Positions 51,511 through 64,000 of a stretch of 64,000 nt of DNA are shown here, piece by piece. The translations under genes and the position numbers were made by a program. The stretch lies in assembly GCF_006345805.1 (NCBI RefSeq), contig NC_043019.1, forward strand, positions 31,433,360-31,497,359. Direction: 5' to 3'. Source of the stretch: Octopus sinensis (taxonomy: Eukaryota). Positions within the stretch are counted from its first letter, which is position 1, and each line of letters opens with the position of its first letter. The notes beneath the pieces were generated by a model. The model did not search any database, was not told where the DNA came from, and saw only the letters and a list, made by a program, of their open reading frames with translations.

Positions 51511-54495
51511 GCACACCAAGTGAAATTGTGAAGATCACAATTATCTTGGCAATCTGAGAGGACCTGCTAATGTTACAGATACAGTATCATCTCATGTAAT
51601 TACTGTCATTCATTAATAAAAAATAAAAAAAACCCTTCACAAGTCCTGAAATTCTGGGACATGGGGCTAGTTGGTTACATCAAATTCCAATACTCAACTG
51701 GTACTGATTTTATCAACTCCAAAAATGATGAAAAACAAAGTTGACCTCAGCAGAATTTGAACTCAGAACATAGAGACTAATGAAATACTGTTAAGCATTT
51801 TATCTAGTGTTCTAGTGATTCTGCCAGCATGCTGCTTTAATGGTAATAAGGGCCTGAAACTTTGGTGGGAGGGTACTAATTGGTTATATTGACTCCCATA
51901 GTTCAAATGGTGCTTATTTTATCGACCCTGAAAGCATGAAAGGCAAAGTAAACCTCGATAGAATTTCAATTCAGAACATAAAGATGGACAGAATGCCACT
52001 AAGCATTTTGCCTGGCACGCTAATGATTCTGAGAGCTAACTGCCTTAATAATAATAATAATAATAATAACGATAATAATAATAGTAATAATACTTTCTAC
52101 TGTATGCACAAGGCCTGAAATTTGGGGGAAGGGATTAAGAAGATTACATCGACCCAAGTGCATAACTGGTACTTAATTAATCAGCCCCAAAAGGATGAAA
52201 GGCAAAGTCGACCTCAGCGGAATTTAAAATCAGGACGTGCAGACAGGTGAAATGGCACAAAGCATTTTGTCTGGCATGCTAAATACTCTGCCAGCTCACT
52301 GCCTTAATATTAATGATAATAATGATGATAATATTAATTTTATTCCTTTCTACTATAGGTATAATGCCTGAAATTTTGGGGGAGGACACTAGTGGATTAC
52401 ATCAACCCTAGTGTTTCTCTGGTACTTAATTTATTCTTTTCTACTCTAGGCACAAGGCCAAACATTTTTGGGGAGGGGGCCAGTCGATTAGATCAACTGC
52501 AGTACACAACTGGTACTAATTTATCGACTAGGCTAAGAAAGAGATGGTAAGATAATATCCATAGTCTTGGTTGGTCATGTTCAGGAAGCCACCCAGAAAG
52601 TGTTATGCCAAAATAGACAGTGGCGTTAGGTGCAATCCTCTGGCTTGCCTGCTCCTGTCAAACCATCCCACCCGTGCCGGCATGGAAGGCAGACTTTAAA
52701 GGATAATAATGATGATGATAAATGTTTACCATTTATGCATTTGCTATATGGTGTTCACCTACAAAACCCAAAATGCATGCCCCTAACTAGTTCTGCATAA
52801 AACTTATATTTTAGATTAGTGACTTGTGCTATGTTTGAAAACAAATTCTTAGTAAACATCAAAATGGTAAAAATCAAAATTCTATAAAAGTACATCAATT
52901 TAGAAAGAAAAACATAATTTTTCAAACACATGTGTGGTGCCCTCTGGGTGGCTGGTTAATACGAAGGGAGGTAATTATCTCCTCACAGCATGAGGCAGGA
53001 TAACAAAATTTGAATTTGTAATCAAGGAATTCAAAACAGATACAGAATTCACCTAATTTTTATGTAAACATTTTTAAAAATATATTTCATAAGATATAGA
53101 TCTTAAACTGGAATTGTGTCAGGCTATAATTTGAGACTAATGAGCTATAAATTCTGCCCCAGGAAAGTAGTTTTTGAATTGCAGTATCCTCTATGTTTCT
53201 AGTGGTTTAACTGTCATTAAGCCCAGCTACATAATTAAAAACATACGAAAGTGTTTCTATGACAACATAATTCAATGTTGCTTTTTCATTTTTGAGTTGA
53301 TATATCTTTTCTACTCTAGGCAGAAGGCCTGAAATTTTGGGGGAGGGGGCCAGCCCATTAGATTTATCCCAGCATGCAACTGGCACTTAATTTATCAGCT
53401 CCAAAAGGATGAAAGGCAAAGTCGACCTTGGTGGAATTTGAACTCAGAACGTAAAGACAGAAGAAATATCGCTAAGCATTTCGCCCGATATGCTAATGTT
53501 TCTGCCAGCTTTCCACCTTTAAATTGATATATCTATCAACTCAAATGATCCCACAACGGTTTCATTGTCAGCTCAGAATAAAGGCTACTTAGCTGCTATT
53601 TCTTGTAAGTTGAGTGAACACTTGGCAACTTCTTTGTTGCTTTGATATAGGTGTGATTTGACTATCTCCATCTCTATCCATCTTCCACTGGCCTTTCGCA
53701 CACATTTGAATTCAACTACCCACTCACCCCGTCTAGTACACTCTTCTACGTCAATCTACATGCCAGCTAAAAAGCATCTAGTCCACACTGTAAAGTGGTT
53801 GGCATTTGGAAAGGCATCCAGCTGTAAAAGTCATGCTAAAACTAACTTCACCTGTGTTAGCGCAATGTAAAAAGCACTCCATCCACTCTGCAGTGTGATT
53901 GGTGTTAGGAAGGGCATCCAGCCATAAAATCCCTATATATATATGGCCACAGCTCGTGTTGTCCCTTTTCAGTACAGGGTTTTTGAACTTAATAGATGAT
54001 GGAGGTAAAACATTTTGAGATATATAGTACAATATAACATTTCTGCCAGTCCAATACAGTATGATTTCTGATGAGTCAACATGAGAAATCTCTACATGGT
54101 TGTTCAAGTGGCAAAAAAAAACAAATCTCCCTCATTTTTCAGATTAAGATTTTTTTTTGTGAAAGGGTAAGAGCACATTGTATTTAATACAGTGTTAGAG
54201 ACAGAAAATCCCACTACTTGGTCCTTGGATGCCTTTAGCAGTGTCTGCTCTGCTGCATGCATCTGAGCCAAGTCTCCATTCTAAGGTTAACTTCTCTTCT
54301 TGCTGCCAGACTCAGAGACGATGATAAAGGTAATATACCCTGTCCTTCCTTCTCTCACTATGATATCTGAGAAAAAAAACAGATTAACATGATGGTCATG
54401 GCTGGAACCTTTGGTTATATGTCTGTTTGATCAAGAATGACTTTAGGGCTAAACAACTTCTAAATATACCCCTTATCACTAAATACAGTGTAGTA

Positions 54496-54649
54496 CAGGG
54501 TCATCTTACCATCTTAAGGCATAGGCCTCCTGGGCAGTTGCCCAAGGCTCTCACCAGTCTAGGGACCCAAATTCTCATCTATGCTTAACTACTATGGGCC
54601 TAGTGCTTTAATTTGCTTGGGGGCCTATTATACTGCTAAGATGGCTCTG
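54496..54649. mobile_element. Short hAT-like MITE
   Basis: Ends CAGGGTCATCTTAC and CTAAGATGGCTCTG (imperfect 14-bp TIR); flanks GTGTAGTA and ATGTTGTA match 6/8, consistent with an aged 8-bp TSD. Confidence 0.6.
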
Positions 54650-55345
54650 ATGTTGTATTGAAGTTGCTGTTGATATTGTGTAATTCTGGGTTAACCCTGA
54701 CTACAAAGATTTTCCAGTTGTGATCCTTCAACTTTTTCCCGCAATTTATGATCCGTCAAATTTTTCCTGAATTCATAGAACACTTTATCCAACCCAACCT
54801 TTTCTAAGACAGCTGTGTATAATTTTAGAGAGATTTCACTGTGGTTTCAAGAAAATTAAGCAAACACATTGTAGATCCTTCATTGGGAATGGTTGAAAAG
54901 ATAATAAGGATAGACATAGTAGTATAGATATGGGGAAAGGAAGACTAAAAAAACAGTAAGATACTTGTATGATAATGCTATGTTTAACATTGATCTAAAT
55001 ACTGTCTATTGTCGTATTGTACGTGATGAAACAAAAGGAACAATACAGGAAATTCATTTTGGAGATCTTTCTTGAAAATACGATTATGATTTGTTACTAT
55101 TGTCATTAGAGTGCTTTCTGATTCTTTTCTTAGATAATCAATGAGTTATCTATCATTGTTGACTGCAAAAAGAAAAGTTCAATCTCAACTAGAACTTATA
55201 TAATCGTTATAAATATAAGATGAGAGATATATAAAACATTGAAGGGTAAAGACACAAGGTTTCTAACAGATTTGTTTTCAGGGTTTTTTCTTTTCTCCTC
55301 TCTGAAATCCACTGGATCATTGTGTTCGTAATTGGTAAAAAGAAA

Positions 55346-55761
55346 TACTCTTTACTCTCTTTTACTTGTTTCAGTCATTTGACTGCGGCCATGCTGGAGC
55401 ACCACCTTTAGTCGAGCAAATCGACCCCGGGACTTATTCTTTGTAAGCCCAGTACTTATTCTATCAGTCTCTTTTGCCGAACCACTAAGTGACGGGGACA
55501 TAAACACACCAACATCGGTTGTCAAGCAATGCTAGGGGGACAAACACAGACACACACATACATACACATATATATATATATATATATACATATATACGAC
55601 GGGCTTCTTTCAGTTTCCGTCTACCAAATCCACTCACAAGGCTTTAGTCGGCCCGAGGCTATAGTAGAAGACACTTACCCAAGATGCCATGCAGTGGGAC
55701 TGAATCCGGAACCATGTGGTTGGTAAGCAAGCTACTTACCACACAGCCACTCCTGCGCCTA
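55346..55761 (-). mobile_element. Family C SINE, full length and CpG-rich (young copy)
   Basis: Minus strand head TAGGCGCAGGAGTGGCTGTGTGGTAAG..CCGGATTCAGTCCCAC, CORE-like block, (TA)n linker, AAAGAGT tail. Confidence 0.9.
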
Positions 55762-56274
55762 TACTGTTTCAGATTTATTTATTTCTTTATTCTTTTACAT
55801 GTTTCCATACTGGATCTCCACCTTAAAGAGTGTTTTAGTTGAAGAAATCAACCCCTGGACTTATTCTTTGTAACCCTACCACTTATTCTATTGGTCTCTT
55901 TCACTGAACCACCAAAGTTATGAGGATGTAAACACACCAGCATTGGTTATGAAGTGATGGTGGGGAGACAAACACAGACACGAAGACACACCCACGTGAA
56001 TATATACACATATATGTATTTCTCTATCTCGGAACATACCCTTTGCAAATTTCGAAGTATATTATGGACTGTATATTTAATAAGATGTACATGTCTGAAT
56101 AGCTCAAGAATGGATTATATATTTGAGTGGGTTAAATTGTCTGCATGCACTGCAAGAATGTCATTTTGTTGGTACTTCTGTACCAAGGTTGATACTTAAA
56201 TAATATTGTTGTGTGCATATTATTCCAACCTAATGAGGTGCCTCAGCCTAAGTACCTAATTCAACTGAATCTTA

Positions 56275-56310
<36 letters not shown>

Positions 56311-56377
56311 AGTCGCCATGATAGATCGCTAAATCCACAAGATTTTTTTTTTCTCTCTGTGTTTATTTCTTCATATT

Positions 56378-56415
56378 TCTTTCTGTTGAAGAGCGTAGGC
56401 TTGAAATATAAAAGA
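56378..56415 (+). ncRNA. Second copy of the hammerhead-like motif
   Basis: TCTTT-CTGTTGA-A-GAG-CGTAGG-CTT-GAAAT-ATA-AAAGA, within PLE-like fragment 56350-56480. Confidence 0.4.
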
Positions 56416-56481
56416 CTTTCTCATTTTCCTGAGTGTCAAACTAATACACCTGTCTTCGTCTTTTGTTTTACTGTAAATTTC

Positions 56482-56527
<46 letters not shown>

Positions 56528-57493
56528 TAAGGTAGACAATGGAAACAGATATAATAATTCTTTATTTATTTATCCATATAAATAAATAATTTTCCGACAT
56601 GTTTCTACTTAATAGCTAAGAGTATATCTATTTTACATTAAGTATTTTAAAATAAGGCCAGCAATTTCAAGGAAGGCAGTTATGTCGATTATATTAACCC
56701 CAGTGCTGAACCCTTGAGGAATGAAATTCAAAGTTCACCTCAGTAAAACTAGAACTGAAAGTATAATGAAATGCTGCTAAATATTTTGCTCAGCACTGTG
56801 ACGATTCTACCTGCCTGCCACCTTATGTGCATCTGTATGTACATAATTGTAATGTACAACAATATATATGATACATTTAGTGGAGAAAAGGAGTATTCAA
56901 TACGTTAGAAATCTGCTGTAAAAACCATTTAAAGTTTCCCAAAGAACGCAGGTGTTTTAGCTCAGAATTTTTTGTGCATTAGTGAATTATTTACAAATTC
57001 AAATACTATAACTGTCAAATAAATGTTGATATATTGAACTAAGAAGATATTTGGAATTTTTTAATTACATCTTTTTTTAATTTATACTCAGTTTATAGAT
57101 TTCATAATTTAGGGAATTGCCACCATATAAGAATCACCCAGTGGATGGAGTAGGTCATGGGAATCTAATAGGAGAGGTGACTGTGATGTCATTGGGCTGG
57201 AAGTGAGGCAGAGGTGTAGTCTAGGTAGCAGCTATGGTGGCAGAGGATAAGGAGGCCACAGCAAGAACAACAATGTGGAGGTGAGGAGCCTAAGCATGTG
57301 AAACAATGAACGATTGGAGTTGCAGCTGATACATGTCTCTGTCCCCTGTCTGTCTCCCATCAATCCACCATTTAAAAAGCACCATGTAAGAAGCAATCCA
57401 TGCTAGTGCCACATGAAATGCACCTGTGCCAGCACCCTGTAAAAAGCACTTGTACAGGCACCATGTGAAAAGCACCTATGTAGGCATTGTGTA

Positions 57494-57973
57494 ATGCACT
57501 TGTGCTGGCATTGTGTAATGCATCTGTGCTGGTATTTTGTAATGCACCTGTGCTGGCATTTTGTAATGCACCTGTGCTGGCATTGTGTAATGCACTTGCT
57601 CTGGCATTGTGTAATGCACCTGTGCTGGCATTTTGTAATGCACCTGTGCTGGCATTGTGTAATGCACTTGCTCTGGCATTGTGTAATGCACCTGTGCTGG
57701 TTTTGTGTAATGCACCTGTGCTGGCATTGTGTAATGCACCTGTGCTGGCATTGTGTAATGCACTTTCTCTGGCATTTTGTAATGCACCTGTGCTGGCTTT
57801 GTGTAATGCACCTGTGCTGGCATTGTGTAATGCACCTGTGCTGGTTTTGTGTAAAGCACCTGTGCTGGCATTGTGTAATGCACTTGCTCTGGCATTGTGT
57901 AATGCACATGTGCTGGCATTTTGTAATGCACCTGTGCTGGCATTTTGTAATGCACCTGTGCTGGCATTGTGTA
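57494..57973. repeat. 24-bp minisatellite, 20 units, inside a family D element
   Basis: Unit ATGCACCTGTGCTGGCATTGTGTA; runs directly into the family-D end ATGCCAGCATGGAACACAAATGTTAAATG. Confidence 0.95.
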
Positions 57974-58454
57974 ATGCCAGCATGGAACACAAATGTTAAA
58001 TGAAGATAATAATGGTGATGATCATATTGACAGTAAATTGCATATTTTTCTAGAATTAATTTTACTCTACAATGTGACTTAAAAAGAAAAAAGGGACCTG
58101 AAAAGACAAGAAAACAGGATAAAAGCCTATCCCTTACCCACACGAAACAAACCTTATTATCAGGTAGCTATTTGTCTCTACAATGCTTTGAATCTGCTAC
58201 GACCATTCCTCACTTGTTTATCACAGCCTCCCCAACTGAAATTTCAAATGTAACAGAGTGGGGATAAAGATCTTTTTATTTATTTATTTATATATTTATT
58301 TATTTATTACATGGACATAGATGAAGTCTCAACTATACATTAAATATGAAAAAGCAATTTGTGGAGTTTTATTGACTATTTCCTACCTCCACTGGGCACA
58401 TAATATAGAGTATTGTAATGTGTGTATGTTTAATACACACTCACATATAGGTAG

Positions 58455-58900
<446 letters not shown>

Positions 58901-59225
58901 AGATAGGTAAATTTATTCATATGTTCTGCTGTGATTAAACAACTGATATAGAAATCAATGGGGAATGTATGTAGACAAATAAATATAGTTTATATATTGG
59001 AAAATGAAAGTTATCAAATTCACCTTAAAGGATAATTGGACTGTAAAAGAAGAAATATGTTATATTTCTCAGAATAGGTAAGCTTAATTGTTAAGCTAAT
59101 GCAATGAAATCTTTGGTTTAATGGAATAAAAGAGAAGAGAATTTATCATAAGTGCTGCATAGGTATTTCATCTTTGTAGTCTGAGGGAGCTTTAAGGTGA
59201 AACTGTTTAACTGTTACCTTTCATC

Positions 59226-59279
<54 letters not shown>

Positions 59280-59665
59280 ACAAAGATGTGTAAATATATG
59301 TACATGCGTATATATGTGTGCATCTATCTGTCTATCTATCTATCTATATATATATATGTGTGTGTGAGAGTATTTTTCAATATAAGTGACTATTTATTGT
59401 ATTAGAGTGTGTACATATAAAATGTATGTATATAGACAGATAAATATATGCATGTATATATATATATATACATTATATATGTATGTATTATGTATATATG
59501 TATGCATGCATGCATGCATGTATGTATGTATGTATGTATGTATGTATGTATGTATGTATGTATGTATGTATGTATGTATGTATGTATGTATGTATGTATG
59601 TAGATAGATATAGATATATAGATATGTGTTTGTGTATGTGTCTTGTATTATTATTATCATTATTA

Positions 59666-59719
<54 letters not shown>

Positions 59720-59957
59720 GATAATTAAGGCAGTGGGCTTGCAGAAACATTAGCACACCGGGTGAAATGCTTAGTAGTATTTCATCTGTCTTTATGTTCT
59801 GAGTTCAAATTCTGCTGAGATCAACTTTGCCTTTCATTCTTTCAGGTTCGATAAATGAAGAACCAGTTGCATACTGGGGTTGATCTAATTGACTGGCCCT
59901 CTCCCCCAAAGTTTCAGGCCTTGCACCTAGTGTAGAAAACAATTATTATTATCATTA

Positions 59958-60008
<51 letters not shown>

Positions 60009-60204
60009 TACTACTACTACTACTATAATTATTGTCATTATCTATTGTAAACGATGTACCCAACTGGGTTGATGATATATCATGTTAAATGTTCCATCAG
60101 GAACTGACAAGACGGATGATGTTTACGGTAAAAAAATGTGTTTTATTTGTTTATTTATACCACATGTTCAGAGATATATGCATACACTTCGCTGTGTATC
60201 TATC

Positions 60205-60348
<144 letters not shown>

Positions 60349-60680
60349 CACGTGCATGTGTTTTTTGTGTTGTAGTTTGGGAGTGTTCGTCTTTGCTTGT
60401 GAATAATTAAGACACAACCTTAATATTTGATTATTTGTAACAGCCTTTTAAACTATGACCATGATCTGTTGATTGCTCTCTAAAGAGGCTTGCACACACA
60501 CACACACACAACACACACATACACACACACACACATACATGCAAACAAATAAACACACACATATACACACTAATAAATAAAGACACACATAAAAACAAAT
60601 CTCTATTTCTCAGTATCTGTTTGTCAATATCTAGTACTTTATCTACCTAGCAATCAATCTCTTTACCTATCAATTGATCA

Positions 60681-60774
<94 letters not shown>

Positions 60775-60777
60775 TTA

Positions 60778-60820
<43 letters not shown>

Positions 60821-61022
60821 CCATCTCTGTCCCTTTCATAAGAGTAGTGACACATAAAAAAGCACCCATGTGGTGACATGTAAAAGTGCCTGTGTTGTCA
60901 CATAAAAGCGTCTCTGTGGTGCCACATAAAAGCATCCAGAACACTGTGTAAAGTGGTTGGCATTAGGAAGGGCATCCACCATAGAAGCCATACCAAAGCA
61001 GACTGGAGCCTCTCACTCAATC

Positions 61023-61057
<35 letters not shown>

Positions 61058-61243
61058 TGTGTTTAAGTCCCCATTACTTAGCGGTTCGGCAAAAGAGACC
61101 GATAGAATAAGTACTGAGCTTTCAAAAGAATAAGTCCCGCGGTCGAGTTGCTCGATTAAAGGCAGTGCTCCAGCATGGCCGCAGTCAAATGACTGAAACG
61201 AGTAAAAGAGTAAAGAGTAAGAGTAATAATAATAATAATAATT

Positions 61244-61785
61244 GATGCAGTACCAGGCAGTGGCTCTCGTGGCTTATGATCATAACTGATTGGAAGTGTA
61301 ATCATGTACATTGTTTTGTCTTGGTATAAAAGATGGGCTACAGCAAATATTCTGCTCAATACCACAGACTTGCTTGTCAGTTGCTTGACCGGAACCAGTT
61401 GAGCATGTCCTTTGGTGGCTGATGATATATGCTTCTCTGATCACAAGCAGAAGTAGTGGGAGAGCATCATAGCCATGTGTTGAGAGGAATTCTTTGGGGT
61501 TTAAATAATTTACCTCTGGAGACATGATGTTTCTTTCAACCACCTTAAACAATGTCTTTTGAGTAGGATGGACTACTCGACCTGAAGAAAATTCTAACTG
61601 GGCCCCACCTGCAATGTTGTGTGCTGTTTATCTCGGTATGAGATCACTATGTCACACACATATGGTTGTGATGCATGTACCTGGTGTACCCTCATCAGAT
61701 GGGTAGTCATGATGGGTATACTGGGCTTTGTATATTTTACCTTGGTCTCACTTTGATGGCTTGCACTGCTCTCTCACACAATAAT
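61244..61785 (-). mobile_element. Family G repeat, long copy
   Basis: Its left part is the reverse complement of 672-990; bounded by (AAT)n. Confidence 0.7.
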
Positions 61786-62189
61786 AATAATAATAATAAT
61801 ATGTAACAAATGGTATAATTACTAATCCTTTCTACTAAAGGCACAAGGTCTGAAATTTGGCAGGAGGGGACTAGTTGATTTCATCAATCTCAATATTTCA
61901 CTGGTGCTTAATTTATCGACCCTGAAAGGATGAAAGGCAAGGTTGACCTCTGCAGAATTTGAACTCAGAACGTAGGATTGGGTGAAATACCACTAAGCAT
62001 TTTGCCCTGTGTGTTAACGATTTTGCCAGCTTGCTGCAGTACAAGGTCTGAAATGAGGGGGGGGGGGTAGTCAATTAGATCAACTGGTACTTATTTTATG
62101 AACCCCAAAAGAATGAAAGGCAAAGTCAACCTTGGCAGAATTTGAGTAATAATAAGGGTAATAATTATAACAAGCATAATATAATATTT

Positions 62190-62239
<50 letters not shown>

Positions 62240-62385
62240 TATGTTCATGTCAATATGTGTATATATTTATGTATATGTGTGATTATATATTTATTTATTT
62301 ATATGCGTCAATTACTACAACTTGGTTTTAAACAATGCCATCACATGATTGTTCTCTTAATCACAAGCAGCACAAATGTGACTTT

Positions 62386-62676
62386 TCAATTCTGCGACAC
62401 ACCTACACTCTTTTGCACCAGCATAGCAACAACGGGCACCTCTTGCAGCAGGTGTTCAGATAGCTGACCACCTACACTAACACATGCCTTCATTCTGTCA
62501 TGTAATTGTTCATTGAGTGTTTTACCTTTCTCAGCTACAGCCAACCACTGTAAGCAACATGTAATAGAAATGGTAAAATGAAGAAAAGTGTCGCAGAGGG
62601 TCAATTCCCCTCTTAAAACAATGTACACGTTTGCCCATAAAAGAAGAATTGCCTCTATCTCTATCCTTGGATGCAA
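62386..62676 (-). pseudogene. Possible highly decayed Tc1/mariner transposase C-terminus
   Basis: ELTLCDTFLHF resembles DLTPCDFFLWG, and RMKACVSVGGQLSEHLL resembles RCxxCIxxxGGHFEHLL. Judged by eye only. Confidence 0.35.
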
Positions 62677-62897
62677 ATGAGATCACAGAGGTTATGTCAG
62701 AAGTTTCCTTCTAGAGATGATGTCTACACAAAGATTAGGGGTCTCTCTCATTCACAGCTGTCGTATGGTCATTGATTCTATTGAGTTCATTTTGTCATCT
62801 TGCAGAGTGTTCATCAAACAGGTGTGTTTGGGTTGATGGTTTAGCTGCCAATGGCAATTGCTCTGAGTTATATGTTAGCAGTATCACTTAGAGTGTC

Positions 62898-62935
<38 letters not shown>

Positions 62936-63099
62936 TGTTCCTGATGATTCTCCAAAATGAAATGAAAGCCCTAACTAAATACTTATTCAAAATTCTGACT
63001 ACTTCCTTTTTCTTAGCATATAAAGCCCATACACCTCTTCAGACAATCTACGTACACACATATACATGAATATACATAATTGTATGTAAGTATGTATAT

Positions 63100-64000
63100 T
63101 GTTGCGAGGGGGAACCTCCGTCGAACGAACGAAGGCTGTTACGGAATCCCTCACACAGGCCCGTTCGATGCAGCGAATGTTTTCGCCACGGAAACTCGGA
63201 GAGGAGAGAGAGAGAGAGAGACGACTACAACAGCAGCAGCAGCACAGAGGAGACACAGAGGCAATCGAGAGAGACACAGGGAGGCAAGGCAATTGGCTAC
63301 GTTAACAACTAGTTTATGACAATCAATTGTTACAACATCAAATACATATCAGATACATTTAAAAGAGGACATGCAAGTAACAACTCAATACATCATACAG
63401 GTATACCACAGATTAAAGCATTTGAACATGCAGATACAATATAACAGTCCGGTAACAACACATCAAGTTCAATAACAACAGCATTTCAAGAGTACACGTC
63501 CGGAGACACAGTTCTGTTTCAAAGCACATTAAAGGCATATACAATATTCATTGCACAGTTCTCTTTTTAACAACTCTGTACACAATGTCTTTACACATTT
63601 CAATACATCGATTCTTTTCACTGTCTCATTTCTTTAGCACTGTTCTTTTCATTAATATAATGTCTTTATACATTTCTTTTACATTAATACCACAACTCTT
63701 TCCTTCTTTTTCTTCACATATCAATACAACAGTTCACGTTACAATTCACAACACGTACCGTACATTAGCCAATGTCTCATATTGTAGTTCCTCTCTATCG
63801 GCCGCCTATTCCTCTGTATATATCTCTCTCTGTCCCAATACTCCAAGGCCGCCGACTGCTTGCCCTGAGTTCCAAATACCGACTGTCCAAAACCTCTTGC
63901 TCTGTCACTGCCCTCAATCCCTCTCTTAGCTCTAATGCTCTCTCTATCCCCACTCAGATTCCTTAATCTGTCTTCCTCACTACTTTCTTCTTCCTCTTCT
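63100..64000 (-). mobile_element. Probable 3' end of an LTR retrotransposon (Gypsy-like): ORF tail, polypurine tract and 3' LTR
   Basis: A minus-strand ORF is open from the window edge to TAA at 63739-63741 (EEEEESSEEDRL..RNRRPIERNY..). It is followed by a purine tract GAAGAAAAAGAAGGAAAGAG (63715-63696), then TGTGG.. (63694) through ..CGCAACA (63100). The segment is CpG-rich relative to the window. Confidence 0.55.

Noticed and set aside
57494-57973. CRISPR-like regular array
   Set aside because: The units are contiguous with no unique spacers, there are no cas genes, and the context is eukaryotic.

Overview
AT-rich, repeat-saturated eukaryotic non-coding DNA, most likely octopus (coleoid cephalopod). 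That assignment is inferred from the tRNA-derived SINE families and the dense (TA)n/(TATG)n/(CAT)n/(TAGA)n microsatellites. I recognise no host protein-coding gene, rRNA, true tRNA or CRISPR array, and nearly every ORF in the track is a microsatellite or minisatellite artefact. The window holds dozens of SINE copies from at least 6 families. DNA transposons include a near full-length but dead Tc1-superfamily element with DD36E spacing (17444-18644), mariner relics and mini-mariners, two inverted pogo-like elements and hAT-like MITEs. Retroelements include an RTE LINE tail, Penelope-like (PLE) terminal fragments and the probable 3' end of a young LTR retrotransposon at the right edge. The most interesting signals are structural. 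(1) A repeated hammerhead-ribozyme-like motif with a non-canonical core and pairing-preserving changes between copies lies inside the PLE-like repeats. (2) Four fold-back hairpins fall into two size classes, 82 nt and about 190 nt. (3) A fold-back SINE dimer and kilobase-scale inverted repeats are potential dsRNA/ADAR substrates. SINE family letters (A-H) are my own labels, and repeat boundaries are approximate unless termini are quoted.
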